Assembly (NCBI GenBank): GCA_964016885.1
Contig: OZ024751.1
Coordinates: forward strand, 26,288,001-26,352,000
Origin: Eledone cirrhosa
Taxonomy: Eukaryota
Direction of reading: 5' to 3'
Length of the DNA stretch: 64,000 nucleotides
Shown here piece after piece: positions 28,895 through 43,738 of the stretch. Position 1 is the first letter of the stretch. Each line of letters starts with the position of its first letter. The notes under the pieces are model-generated. The model was not told where the DNA came from. It made no database searches and was given only the letters and a program-made list of their open reading frames with translations. A program made the position numbers and the translations under genes.

Positions 28895-29345
28895 CATACT
28901 TTTTCTCCCTTCAGTTATTTTCAGTATTTGCTGCCAAAGTAAACAGGCCCTCCTGTAGTCAGCTGGGCTCAACCACAAATGTGGGGTAGGGGGAGAGTAT
29001 TTCGTATTTACCTCTTGTATTTCTGGTATGTTCTACACCTTCTGCTCCATACCACCATTGCCCACCCCCATCACCACCATTGCCCAACCCCATCACTACC
29101 ATCAACATCACCACCAACATCTACAGCTCCATCACTTTATAAATACCACCCCACCCCCTCCTCCTCCTCTAGTACCCTCAGCTAAAGAACCTTCTGTCAT
29201 TCCTAACAAGAATGGAATTCTAAAACAGGGCCTCACTCACTCCGCATCAGCCCCTTATTTCCTTCTCCCCCACCTACTTACCCTATTCATTATTTTAGCC
29301 TTAATTTTACCCCCCTTCTTCTAGCTGACATATACAACACTACGG

Positions 29346-29376
<31 letters not shown>

Positions 29377-29714
29377 TACTACTACTACTACCACCACTAC
29401 TACTACCACCACTACTACTACCACCACCACTACTACTATTACTATGACTGCTGCTGCCACCACCGCCACTATTACCACTACCTCCACCACCACCACTACT
29501 ACTACCATCACTACTACTACCACCACCACTACTAACACTACTACTACCACCACCACTACTAACACTACTACTACCACCACTACTACTACTACTACTACAT
29601 AACACCCCCTTTTTTGTTGTCTTTGGTAATATCTGGTTTCATAGAAGAATCCCAACTAAACAGACTCTAGGGTTGGTATATGCTGACTTGGGTAGACAAA
29701 CCCTATATATATAT

Positions 29715-30115
29715 ACGATATTAACAAATGGAAACTATATTTATAAAACCATATTTATTTTATTATACATATTTCAAGGACACCACGTTAAATTGTGGTG
29801 TGCTTTCATCAGACAAAATATAATATAGATCAGTTTTATAAATAAATATTGACATACCCTTAAAAAATGCAACCATTACTGTTGGAAGCTCCCGGATATT
29901 TATGAAACTGATCTATATTATATTTTGTCTGATGAAAGCACACCACAATTTAACGTGGTGTCCTTGAAATATGTATAATAAAATAAATATGGTTTTATAA
30001 ATATAGTTTCCATTTGTTAATATCGTGTGTTTACTCCAAATACTTGTTGAGTGCTTTATATCAGTTATAAAAATATTTGCTTGTTGTATCCCAACAATTT
30101 AAATAGAACTTTTGC
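29715..30115 (+). mobile_element. Penelope-like pLTR element (family 1) with ~120-bp inverted arm; hammerhead motif at 29921-29985
   Basis: Arms 29715-29840 and 29900-30026; TATTTTGT-CTGATGA-stem II-GAAATATGTATA-ATAAAATA. Confidence 0.75.
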
Positions 30116-30190
30116 ATATATATATGCAAAAGTTCTATTTAAATTGTTGGGATACAACAAGCAAATATACAACATTGCATATATATTTGC

Positions 30191-30224
<34 letters not shown>

Positions 30225-30357
30225 CTGTCATCTTTTTACCTCATTCTCTTCATGCTGTTATAACTTGGACAACCCATGACAGTTCTAGACAAGAAGTATT
30301 TGGGTGTCACATCGTACATACATACCATTTTTGACATCATCACAGTTTTTATGTCTG

Positions 30358-30827
30358 TTTTTCCATCTTTCTTGCTCAAAATTTCGCTGGAGAACGAGTT
30401 CTTGTTAATAGAGAGGTGATAGTGAAGATAGGCTATCTTCACTACCAACTCTTTATCTTCACTACCAACTCTTTATCTTCACTACCAACTCTTTATCTTC
30501 ACTACCACCTCTCTATCTTCACTACCACCTCTTTATCTTCACTACCACCTCTTTATCTTCACTACCACCTCTCTATCTTCACTACCACCTCTCTATCTTC
30601 ACTACCACCTCTCTATCTTCACTACCACCTCTTTATCTTCACTACCACCTCTCTATCTTCTCTACCACCTCTCTATCTTCTCTACCACCTCTCTATCTTC
30701 TCTACCACCTCTCTATCTTCTCTACCACCTCTCTATCTTCTCTACCACCTCTCTTATCTTCACTACCACCTCTCTATTAACAAGAACTCGTTCTCCAGCC
30801 AAATTTTGAGCAAGAAAGATGGAAAAA
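30358..30827. repeat. ~75-bp inverted repeat enclosing a 21-bp tandem array
   Basis: ttccatctttcttgctcaaaattt..gtgaagatag versus ..aaattttgagcaagaaagatggaa; array of tatcttcactaccacctctct. Confidence 0.9.
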
Positions 30828-31081
30828 AACTTACTCCAACATTTGATTTTAATTTTTAGTTTTTAACTCCTATTAATTCTTTTTAATCTTTTTATTTCAA
30901 TACTCAACATTTGATAAGATGAATTTTAATAATACATGGAATACTTTATATACATAACATTTTTTTTAAAAGAATTCTCCCTCTCATTTTTTTCAATAAT
31001 GTCACTTTGACGAATCAAAGAAAGGATAAAAAAAGAAAAATAGACCCTAAAAGTTATTTTCCGTGCTATTTCCAACTTCAT

Positions 31082-31187
<106 letters not shown>

Positions 31188-32257
31188 GTGGATACAGTAT
31201 GGTTTGAATAGTTAGTTTACTTCCCAAACATTAGATCCCAGGTTCAACATCAAGGCATTACATCTTGTGCAAGTGTTATTTACCTCAGGTTGACCCATGT
31301 CTTATGAGTGAAATTTGGTAGATGGAAACTGTATGGAAGCCCGTCAGATGGTCCGTAGCTGTAATTTAAATGGCCAACCTTGTTATACACAGTCATGTTG
31401 AATCATTTGTCCACGCTAGCATGGGTTAGGCGGGTTGTTCTGTTGTGGACTATGCCAGGTCAGGTGACCATGTCTTAATCGGATCTCCCTGAGAAATATG
31501 TTAAGGGTGCATGTGTCTGTGGAATGCTCAGCCACTTGCACGTTAAATTAATAAGCAGGCTGTTTCATTTATTGAACCACTTGAATACTCAATGTTGAAA
31601 CTCATGGAAGACCATGTGAGTGTGTGTGTGTGTGAGTGTGTGTGTGTGTGTGTGTGTGATTAGTAACCTTATGTGTGTATGTATATGTGTGTGTGTGTGT
31701 GTGTGTGTGATTAGTAACCATATGTGTGTATGTATATGTGTGTGTGTGTGATTAGTAACCATATGTGTGTATGTATATATATGTGTGTGTGTGATTAGTA
31801 ACCATATGTGTGTATGTATATATATGTGTGTGTGTGATTAGTAACCATGTGTGTGTATGTATATATGTGTGTGTGTGATTAGTAACCATATGTGTGTATG
31901 TATATATGTGTGTGTGTGATTAGTAACCATATGTGTGTATGTATATATGTGTGTGTGTGATTAGTAACCATATGTGTGTATGTATATATGTGTGTGTGTG
32001 ATTAGTAACCATATGTGTGTATGTATATGTGTGTGTGTGTGTGTGATTAGTAACCATATGTGTGTGTGTGATTAGTAACCATGTGTGTGTGTGATTAGTA
32101 ACCGTGTGTATGTATATATATGTATGTGTGTGTGTGATTAGTAACCGTGTGTATGTATGTGTGTGTGTGATTAGTAACCGTATGTATGTATGTGTGTGTG
32201 TGATTAGTAACCGTATGTGTGTATGTATATATATATAAGTGTGTGTGTATGTATATA

Positions 32258-32318
<61 letters not shown>

Positions 32319-33612
32319 TTAGTGGTTATCAGAGCATCAAACAAATACTTAGCAGTATTTGTTAAGGCCTTTATATTCTGAGTTCAAATCCCGCCGAGGT
32401 TAACCTTGCCTTTCATCCTTACTGGGTCGGGTCGATAAAATAAAGTACCAGTAACACACTGGGGTTGATCTAATCAACTTTCTCCTCTCCCCCAAATTGT
32501 TGGCCTTGTGCCTATAGTAGAACCCATTGTTTAGATGTAAAGCCATAACTTCACCTGGAATCTGAAGGTTTACACATAATATTAATTACACTTTACCTTC
32601 TTTGAAGTACCCGGGGGGGGGGGGGGGGGGGGTGCCAGGATGTTATTTAACTACTGGGGGGGGGGGGGGGTAAATGTTGGTTTTATCAATTATGTCCAGA
32701 CTTGTCTTTCTGTCCACCAACACCGCCACCCAGTCAACCTGCCACTACCACTGCCACCACCACCACCACTGCCACTACCTCCACTGCCAGCACCACCACC
32801 ACCTCCACTGCCACCACCACCACTACAACCACTGCCACTGCCACTACCACCACCACCACCTCCACTGCCACCACCACCACTACAACCACTGCCACTACCA
32901 CCACCACTACCACCACCGCCACTGCCACTACCACCACCACTACCACCACTGCCACCACCACTACCACTACCACCACCACTACAACCACTGCCACTGCCAA
33001 CACCACCACTACAACCACCGCCGCCACCACCACCACTACAACCACCGCCACCACCACCACCACTACCACCACCACCACCACCACTACCACCACCACCGCC
33101 ACATTATTGTATATAATGTAGTATGAAGTGTTTCTGAGATATTTTCAAGAATGAACCAACACAGAACATGTCCTGTCATGGAACTCAACATTGAACAGAA
33201 TATTGCTGTTACTACTACTACTACTACTACTGCTACTACAACTGCTGCTGCTACTACTACTACTACTGGTGGTGGTGTAAAAGGAGGGGGGAGATATACG
33301 CCAATACTATTAATAATAAGGATTTCTACTATAGGCACAAGGCCAGCAATTTGAGGGGAGGGGAAAGTTTATTAAATCAACCCCAGTGTATTACTGGTAC
33401 TTTATTTTATCGACCCCCCCCCCCCCGTAAGGATGAAAGGCAAAGCTAACCTCGGTGGGATTTGAACTGAGAATGTAAAGAGCTGGAACAAATACTGCAA
33501 GGCATAGGATGTTATAAAACAAACATACATGTAGATATGTATACATATATAGGCACGTATCACACATACACACTTGTTTATACATACATACATACATACA
33601 TACATACATACA

Positions 33613-33645
<33 letters not shown>

Positions 33646-33884
33646 GTGTTGAAGACGTGTGGCTGAGTGGTTAGAGAATTGGATTCGCAATCGTAAGGTT
33701 GTGAGTTCGATTCCTGGACCAGGCGATGCGTTATGTCCTTGAGCAAGACACTTTATTTCACGCTGCTCCTTCTACCTGGAGTTGCGACCGATAGATAGTA
33801 TTAGCAATTGGAAAGACCAACGGAAACATTGTTCCCTCGGTCCGATTTGACGAAAGTCGATCGTTCCTATATATATATATATAT

Positions 33885-34057
33885 GCAGAGGTTATATTTA
33901 ATTTGTTGATACAACAAGCTTAAAAATATTTTTAGAACTGATATAAAGCACTCAACAAATTATTGGAGTAAATATACAATTTGCCTTGGTGGCCCTTGAA
34001 ATATGTATAATAAAATAAATATGGTTTTATAAATATAGTTTCCATTTGTTAATATAT

Positions 34058-34058
<1 letters not shown>
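33885..34058 (-). mobile_element. Truncated family 1 element
   Basis: Minus-strand 3' tail plus a plus-strand piece cttgaaatatgtataataaaataaatatgg; TA tracts on both sides. Confidence 0.6.
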
Positions 34059-34105
<47 letters not shown>

Positions 34106-34740
34106 CATACAATATATATATATATATCACCAATTCCACAGATCCTACACCACAGGTTACACTCTTAGGATATCCACGAGATTATACCCAGATTTTTCAC
34201 CATCCGTCCACACACTCACTGAAATACTATTCAGGAACACACACACAAACACAAACACTTACTCCATTTTCGCACACACGCAACCATACATTCCCACGTA
34301 TCCACACCACACAAAAACACACACACGTGCGTATCCTCACATTCACCCACTCTGCCGCCAGAATAGGCACGCTCCCTCTCCCCCACCCCTCCGACTCCTC
34401 TTCATCCACACACACACACGCACACACACTTACACCCCACCCTATGTACACACTGGTTTTCCTAATACCCGAGCATGAAACTCCGTTCTCCCCCAAACTC
34501 TCACACTCACATCCACGCATACACACACACCACCTTCCGCCCTCCCTGCTCGGACCCCCCAATTTCCTTTTCCCCTCTCCCTCCATCCACCCTCCACCAC
34601 CTCCACACCCTTTCACCACTTGTTTTCAACTTATTGTCCCACTTGTGTGTTATTTTTATTTTTATTTTTTCTCCTGCTATTTAGATGTTTCTCCACCACT
34701 TCCCCTGACACCATCTCGGAACTCCTCTCCTTCCCACCTT

Positions 34741-34776
34741 TCTCCTGATAAAGGGCTTATGCCCGAAACGTCGTAC
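34741..34776 (+). ncRNA. Hammerhead-like motif, mutated core
   Basis: CTGATAA-A-GGGC-TTAT-GCCC-GAAACGTC; G8 appears changed to A and stem I is poor; about 80 bp upstream of a TA tract. Confidence 0.45.
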
Positions 34777-36219
34777 CCCACTCCCAAGCTTGAGCCTAAT
34801 ACCTAACACCTTTCGTAACTGTACTCCTTGTTGTTTTAACTTTTCCAATATATATTTATATATATGGACACATATCACACATACAAATACACACATACAA
34901 ATACACACTCATACAAATACACACATACAAATACACACACATACAAATACACACTCATACAAATACACACATACAAATACACACTCATACAAATACACAC
35001 ATACAAATACACACTCATACAAATACACACTCATACAAATACACACTCATACAAATACACACACATACAAATACACACACATACAAATACACACACATAC
35101 AAATACACACACATACAAATACACACTCATACAAATACACACTCATACAAATACACACTCATACATATTACAGAGTGGTGGCTGAGTGAAATGAAAATAT
35201 GAGAGGAGGGGATACTGAAAGAATTCATAATCTTCCAAAAAATCCAACACCACCACCACTGTCTCTCTACCAACACCACCACCACCACTGTCTCTACCAC
35301 CACCAACACCACCACCACCACTGTCTCTCTACCAACACCACCACCACCACTCTACCACCACTGTGTCTCTACCAACATCACCACCACCACCACCGTCTCT
35401 ACCACCACCACCACCACCACCACCACCACCTCTACCACCACCACCACCACCATCAAACAGACCCTCCTATCTCCCCACTAAAACTGGTGAAGTAGAAATA
35501 TGAAATGAGGTCATATGTGGTGACATAGTTCTGGCAGTGGCCAGGCTGAGAGTGTAACTATATATATATGTGTGTGTGTGTGCGCGTATGAGACGTGTGT
35601 GTGTGCGTGAGACGTGTGTGTGTGCGTGAGACGTGTGTGAGTGTTTTACTGTGTTTTTTAGTTATTTTGAGCTCATTTATGACAATCCAGCTATGACCAT
35701 CTTCATGCTTAAGCTTTAAAGTTCTAATTTATGATGGGCATCTGCACAGTTTCTGTCTACCAAATTTCAAATGCCAAGGCTTTGATCAATCAAGATACTT
35801 GCCCAAGGTACCACTCATTATAATTCAATCCCAAATGACACAGTTGTGAAGTGACCTTACCAACATTGGACACTGTCATGTGTTGTCCAGACCACACTGG
35901 ACACTGCAGTGTCTAGTGTGGTCTGGACATGACATGGTGGTGTCCAGTGTGGTCTGGACATGACATGGTGGTGTCTAGTGTGGTCTGGACATGACATGGT
36001 GGTGTCCAGTGTGGTCTGGACATGACATGGTGGTGTCCAGTGTGGTCTGGACATGGCATGTGTGGTTTCAGGTATTAGACTGCGACCATATTGGAGCAAT
36101 GCTGTGAACATATTTCATTGATAATATTGACTCCAGTATGTCTTAGTCACATGCCCTCTTTTTGACAGGATTTCTATAGCCAGTTACCCACCCCTTTACT
36201 GGGCTCATTGTATCATGAC

Positions 36220-37495
36220 ACTAGCACTACCACATTACAGAGTGGACTGGGAGTATAATACACCTTCACTACCACTTTACAGAGTGGACTGGGAGTATTT
36301 TATTGTGACACCAGCACTACCACATTACAGTGTGTACTTGGAGTATTATACACCATCACTACCACTTTACAGAGTGGACTGGGAGTATAATACACCTTCA
36401 CTACCACTTTACAGAGTGGACTGGGAGTATTATACACCATCACTACCACTTTACAGAGTGTACTTGGAGTATTATACACCATCACTACCACTTTACAGAG
36501 AGTACTGGGAGTATTATACACAAGCACTACCACTTTACAGAGTGTACTGGGTGTTTTATACACAAGCACTACCACTTTACAGAGTGTACTGGGAGTATTA
36601 TACACCATCACTACCACTTTACAGAGTGTACTTGGAGTATTATACACCATCACTACCACTTTACAGAGTGTACTGGGAGTATTATACACCATCACTACCA
36701 CTTTACAGAGTGTACTGGGTGTTTTATACATAAGCACTACCACTTTACAGAGTGTACTGGGTGTTATACACAAGCACTACCACTTTACAGAGTGTACTTG
36801 GAGTATTATACACCATCACTACCACTTTACAGAGTGTACTGGGAGTATTATACACAAGCACTACCATTTTACAGAGTGTACTGGGTGTTTTATACACAAG
36901 CACTACCACTTTACAGAGTGTACTGGGAGTATTATACACAAGCACTACCACTTTACAGAGTGTACTGGGTGTTTTATACACAAGCACTACCACATTACAG
37001 AGTGTACTGGGAGTATTATACACCATCACTACCACTTTACAGAGTGTACTTGGAGTATTATACACCATCACTACCACTTTACAGAGTGTACTGGGAGTAT
37101 TATACACAAGCACTACCACTTTACAGAGTGTACTGGGTGTTTTATACACAAGCACTACCACTTTACAGAGTGTACTGGGAGTATTATACACAAGCACTAC
37201 CACTTTACAGAGTGTACTGGGTGTTTTATACACAAGCACTACCACATTACAGAGTGTACTGGGAGTATTATACACCAGCACTACCACTTTACAGAGTGTA
37301 CTGGGTGTTTTATACACAAGCACTACCACTTTACAGAGTGTACTGGGAGTATTATACACCAGCACTACCACTTTACAGAGTGTACTGGGTGTTTTATACA
37401 CAAGCACTACCACTTTACAGAGTGTACTGGGTGTTTTATACACAAGCACTACCACTTTACAGAGTGTACTGGGAGTATTATACACAAGCACCAGT
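36220..37495. repeat. 42-bp minisatellite
   Basis: caagcactaccactttacagagtgtactgggagtattataca x ~30. Confidence 0.97.
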
Positions 37496-37599
37496 CCTAT
37501 ATATATATATATATTCCTTCATTCATTTAGTCTAATACTGCTGTTATCAAATATATTGCGATTTTCATCCCATTTCTTTGATAAATGTTCATCCTACTT

Positions 37600-39675
37600 T
37601 ATATATACATACTGTGTAGCTATATATACATACTGTGTAGCTATATATACATACATGTGTGGCTATATATACATACATGTGTGGCTATATATACATACTA
37701 CTGTGTGGCTATATATACATACTACTGTGGCTATATATACATACATGTGTGGCTATATATACATACTACTGTGGCTATATATACATACTACTGTGTGGCT
37801 ATATATACATACTACTGTGGCTATATATACATACTACTGTGGCTATATATACATACATGTGTGGCTATATATACATACGACTGTGTGGCTATATATACAT
37901 ACTACTGTGGCTATATATACATACTACTGTGTGGCTATATATACATACATGTGTGGCTATATACATACTACTGTGGCTATATATACATACTACTGTGTGG
38001 CTATATATACATACTACTGTGTGGCTATATATACATACTACTGTGGCTATATATACATACTACTGTGGCTATATATACATACTACTGTGGCTATATATAC
38101 ATACATGTGTAGCTATATATACATACTACTGTGTGGCTATATATACATACTACTGTGGCTATATATACATACTACTGTAGCTATATATACATACTACTGT
38201 GGCTATATATACATACTACTGTGTAGCTATATATACATACTACTGTGTGGCTATATATACATACTACTGTGGCTATATATACATACTACTGTGTGGCTAT
38301 ATATACATACTACTGTGGCTATATATACATACTACTGTGTGGCTGTATATACATACTACTGTGTGGCTATATATACATACTACTGTGGCTATATATACAT
38401 ACTACTGTGGCTATATATACATACTACTGTGGCTATATATACATACTACTGTGGCTATATATACATACTACTGTGGCTATATATACATACTACTGTGTAG
38501 CTATATATACATACTACTGTGTGGCTATATATACATACTACTGTGTGGCTATATATACATACTACTGTGTAGCTATATATACATACGACTGTGGCTATAT
38601 ATACATACTACTGTAGCTATATATACATACTACTGTGTAGCTATATATACATACTACTGTGTGGCTATATATACATACTACTGTGGCTATATATACATAC
38701 TACTGTGGCTATATATACATACTACTGTGTGGCTATATATACATACTACTGTGTGGCTATATATACATACTACTGTGTGGCTATATATACATACTACTGT
38801 GGCTATATATACATACTACTGTGGCTATATATACATACTACTGTAGCTATATATACATACTACTGTAGCTATATATACATACTACTGTGGCTATATATAC
38901 ATACTACTGTGTGGCTATATATACATACTACTGTGTGGCTATATATACATACTACTGTGGCTATATATACATACTACTGTGTGGCTATATATACATACTA
39001 CTGTAGCTATATATACATACTACTGTGTGGCTATATATACATACTACTGAGGCTATATATACATACTACTGTGTGGCTATATATACATACTACTGTGGCT
39101 ATATATACATACTACTGTGGCTATATATACATACTACTGTAGCTATATATACATACTACTGTGGCTATATATACATACTACTGTGTGGCTATATATACAT
39201 ACTACTGTGTGGCTATATATACATACTACTGTGGCTATATATACATACTACTGTGGCTATATATACATACTACTGTGTGGCTATATATACATACTACTGT
39301 GTGGCTATATATACATACTACTGTAGCTATATATACATACTACTGTGGCTATATATACATACATGTGTAGCTATATATACATACTACTGTGTGGCTATAT
39401 ATACATACTACTGTGGCTATATATACATACTACTGTGGCTATATATACATACTACTGTGTAGCTATATATACATACTACTGTGTGGCTATATATACATAC
39501 TACTGTGGCTATATATACATACTACTGTAGCTATATATACATACTACTGTAGCTATATATACATACATGTGTGGGCTATATATACATACATGTGTGGGCT
39601 ATATATACATACATGTGTGGGCTATATATACATACATGTGTGGGCTATATATACATACATGTGTGGGCTATATAT
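37600..39675. repeat. 22/24-bp minisatellite, ~2 kb
   Basis: ggctatatatacatactactgt(gt) units. Confidence 0.97.
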
Positions 39676-39973
39676 ATATCTGTTTCTATAACGATATAAA
39701 ATGGCTATATTCCTCTATGTTCTAGAAATCTCTTCCGCTTGTTTATTCAGTCTTTTCATCTGTGTTAGGCAGAATATATATATATATATATATATATATA
39801 GATATAGATAGATAGATAAATATACACGGGTGTGTATGATTGTGTATAGAAGATTATATAAATAGAGGAATTCCAACTTTGTCTGATTTACTCGTTTTAT
39901 TTACAATCCTTTAAAATATATAATGGTATTATAATGAAATAGTATGGTAGAATATTAAATTCTAAGTGTTAAT

Positions 39974-40012
39974 TGAACAAGTACTTTCATGCTTCCGCAA
40001 TCTTCAGGTTCA
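39974..40012 (-). ncRNA. Minimal type I hammerhead ribozyme (family 3, copy 2)
   Basis: TGAAC-CTGAAGA-TTGC-GGAA-GCAT-GAAAGTACTT-GTTCA. Confidence 0.8.
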
Positions 40013-40959
40013 TAATATGTGGTGACAGTCAAGTTTGCAATTAGAAATGAGATGATAGGGACTGGGGTCCATATCATTCCACTGTAAAGTGGACGTGGCG
40101 GTCCCACGGCAAAAAAGCACCCAGCACTCACTGTAAATGAGGTTGGTGTTGGTGTTAGGAAGGGCATCCAGCTGTAGAAATCAAGCCAGAATCAGTTCCC
40201 ATCCCACCCTTGCTAGCAGGGAAAAAGCGGACATAAAATTAAATGATGAAATGATATATATATATGTATATGTGTGTATATTCCTAGTTTATGTAAAAAT
40301 ATATATAAACATTAAAAGGTAAATATAGACAAGCAAATCGTTTGTATCTGTTTTAACAATCGTTACTCCATACTTAGAAGGTAAATGGTTTGTTGGAACA
40401 ATTGTTTTAACATGGGTGGTCCCTTATTAAGAAGTGTGGAGTGAAGTATGATGTGTTTTGTTTAGTTCTGACTGTTAAACTCTAGTCTCTGTTATTCTAT
40501 AAACTATTGTTTTCCACACTAAACCAATGTATACAGTGTTGTAGCAGACGATAAAGATTGGTTGGCAAAGAAACCTATTTTGGAGGTGGACTGCATTGAA
40601 ATGAGATAAACATATATATTTCATCATATATGTATGTGTTTATATATATATGTGTGTGTATGTGTATATATATATCATGTGTATAAGTATATATATATAT
40701 CATGTGTATAAGTATATATATCATGTGTATAAGTATATATATATCATGTGTATAAGTATATACATATATATGTGTATATATATATATATATATATAAGTA
40801 TATATATATATATATATAAGTATATAAGTATATATATATATGTGTATATATATATATATATATATGTATCATGTGTATAAGTATATATATATGTATATAT
40901 ATCTATGTGTGTGTGTGTGTGTATAAGTATATATATATATATATGTGTATATATATATC

Positions 40960-40993
<34 letters not shown>

Positions 40994-41148
40994 TGTATAT
41001 GTATATATGTGTGTGTAAGTATATATATGTATGTGTATATATATATATATATATATCATGTGTGTGTGTGTATATAAGTATATATAATATATATGTATGT
41101 ATATATATATCATGTGTATATGTGTGTGTATGTGTGTAGTGTGTATAC

Positions 41149-41193
<45 letters not shown>

Positions 41194-41777
41194 CGTGTCT
41201 GTGATCTATATACACTGGTCATAGACACACACACACACACACACATATATACATACATATATATATATACACACAACAACACCACCAGCTCTCTCTCTTC
41301 AATTCTCCTCTCCCTCCTTCTATGCCTCTTTCTCTCTCTGTTTATGAAGGTACCCGGAAAAGGAACCCGTGCTCCGATTTACGCGAAACTTGTTTTATTC
41401 CATTTGTATTCCCATTTCAGGGTCAACCTTCTTTCGAAGTATATTCCCATTATGCGCCCTTTTGGCTGTATTACATTACAGAGAAGCAATAACAGAGTTT
41501 TAGTAGTATATAGAGAGATATATAGTAGTATATAGAGAGTATATAGACTGCTAAGATTTTCAAGTTTACAGATTTTTTTTTTCCCTCATCAATGAAGCTT
41601 ATATATAGCATGGGTTTTTATATGTCCACTTTTCCATGCTTGCATATATATATATTTCTTATTGGCAACATGACCCTCCCTAAGTATAACAATATATATA
41701 TATATATATATCATCGTCATTTAATATCCATTTTCCATGTTAGCATGGGTTATATATATATATATATATATATATAT

Positions 41778-41972
41778 AACGAAGGAAATGTGGTAAGGAA
41801 CCGAGTGGACCATAACGCACCAAAGTACTCAATACTTAGGGTAGTAGAGTGAGTAATAGGAACGAGTAGGACCCCGACGGCTGAGCTCAAGCCGTTTCGA
41901 CGGCAAATTCTGGACCAGAATTTGCCGTCGAAACGGCTTGAGCTCAGCCGTCGGGGTCCTACTCGTTCCTAT
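41778..41972 (-). mobile_element. (TA)n-embedded fold-back element (family 6)
   Basis: Perfect 58-bp arms around one base (41856-41972); other copies at 45754-45950 and 42005-42125. Confidence 0.75.
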
Positions 41973-42124
41973 ATATATATATATTGAGAGAGAGAGAAAA
42001 AAAGTATGACGGCTTGAGCTCTGCCGTCGGGGTCATATTTTCCCCTACTACCCACTCTACTACCCTAAGTACTGAGTACTCTGGTGCGTTATGATCCATC
42101 TGGTTCCTTACCTCAACTCCTTTG

Positions 42125-42160
<36 letters not shown>

Positions 42161-42359
42161 GTGTGTGTGTGTGTACATATACGTGTGTGTGTGTGTGTGT
42201 GTATGTACATATGTATATGTGCATATACGTGTGTGTGTGTATATATATATATATGTATATATATTATATATGTGTGTGTGTGTGTGTGTGTTTATAACCT
42301 TCAACCTCAAGAAACATGTTTGTTAAAATTCAATGTTTAATATTCTATTTTCTCTCCAG

Positions 42360-42402
42360 GTGCTGGTGAATCTGGGAAGAGTACAATTGTAAAACAGATG
42401 AA
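42360..42402 (+). CDS. GNAI: G-protein alpha(i) subunit, exon 2 (P-loop GAGESGKSTIVKQMK)
   Basis: tctctccag acceptor and gtaagt donor; 43 bp, the size of vertebrate GNAI exon 2; encodes the G1 box. Confidence 0.97.
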
Positions 42403-42512
42403 GTAAGTAATATATAATCTTCATATTTATCTCAAACCTTTCCATTATAATTTATATAAAAACCTTCACTATGGTCTGTACAAAGAACTCATTATGAGAA
42501 AGTTAGTATTGG

Positions 42513-42797
42513 ATGAGGTACCATGTGGTATCTGATGAGGTGCCATGTGGTATCTGGTGATGTGCCATATAACCTCTTGTGAGGTACCATGTAGCCTCTG
42601 GTGAGGTACCATATAGCCTCTGGTGAGGTACCATGTAGCATCTGGTGAGGTACCATGTAGCCTCTGGTGAGGTACCATGTAGCCTCTGGTGAGGTACCAT
42701 GTAGCCTCTGGTGAGGTACCATGTAGCCTCTGGTGAGGTACCATGTAGCCTCTGGTGAGGTACCATGTGGTATCTGGTGAAGTCCATGTAGTATCTG
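42513..42797. repeat. 27-bp minisatellite
   Basis: gaggtaccatgtagcctctggt-containing units. Confidence 0.85.
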
Positions 42798-43738
42798 TTT
42801 CAGCTCTGTGTATTCTGAGTTCCAATCATACTCCTTATCACTAAACCTTTCCAATCTGGCCAACCCCAGCTCTAGTTCTATATCACTAAACCAGCCATAT
42901 CTCTCACCTCTTTCTGGTCAAACCAGCTGTAACCAGCCACTCATACTGATGTTAACGTTTTGTTCTCAAAATAAATATCAAAACCTCATAGACTCAATAT
43001 GTGAGATAAAGCCTTTACCACGTAAATACAATAGTATATATAATGTGAATGTTAAAGGGTTAAACGGTTCCTAATTTAAATTCAAATCTTCCAACATAAT
43101 TTTATATAAGAACCATGTTAAGTTGTTACCCTAGTAAAGGAAGGATTAATAATTTTAGTACTCCCTCCCCCCCAAAAAAAATAATTAATTGAAATAAAGT
43201 ATATATTGGAAATACATTTGTAAAAGGATTAAATTAAAATCTTCCAACATATTTAAATCATATATTAAGTTACTAGCTTAGTAATGAATTAATTAATAAT
43301 TTTAGTAAGTCCCCTAAAATTCTTCATTAATTAATTGAAATAGATTGTATTTCATTAGAAATACTGCCACGGAAGGTTCAAAACCTCCTGTGATTACTTC
43401 TGAGCAGGTAACCTTGGTGAGCTTTGAACTCAGATTGTAAAGGGCCGTAACTCTGTGTCACAAAACCTGTCCAATGCTCTACCGCTTCAGCCAATCTACC
43501 ACCTACCTTATATATAATTGTTTCTACCTTAGGCACAAGGCCAGCAATTTGAAAGGGGGAGGGGAAAGTCGATTAAATCAACCTCAGTACATTACTGGTA
43601 CTTTATTTATCGACCTCGCAAGGGTGAAAGGCAAAGCTAAACTTGGCGGGATTTGAACTCAGAATGTAAAGGGCCGTAACTCTTACGCCACAAAGCAAGG
43701 TGTCTGACGCTCTACCGATCCTCCGCCCTCATGATCAA

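Noticed and set aside
33655-33770. tRNA-like sequence (also 1185-1262 and 25942-26010)
   Set aside because: A and B boxes run into SINE body sequence; no complete cloverleaf acceptor stem.
36215-39691. ORFs up to 582 aa
   Set aside because: Translations of the 42-bp and 22/24-bp minisatellites.
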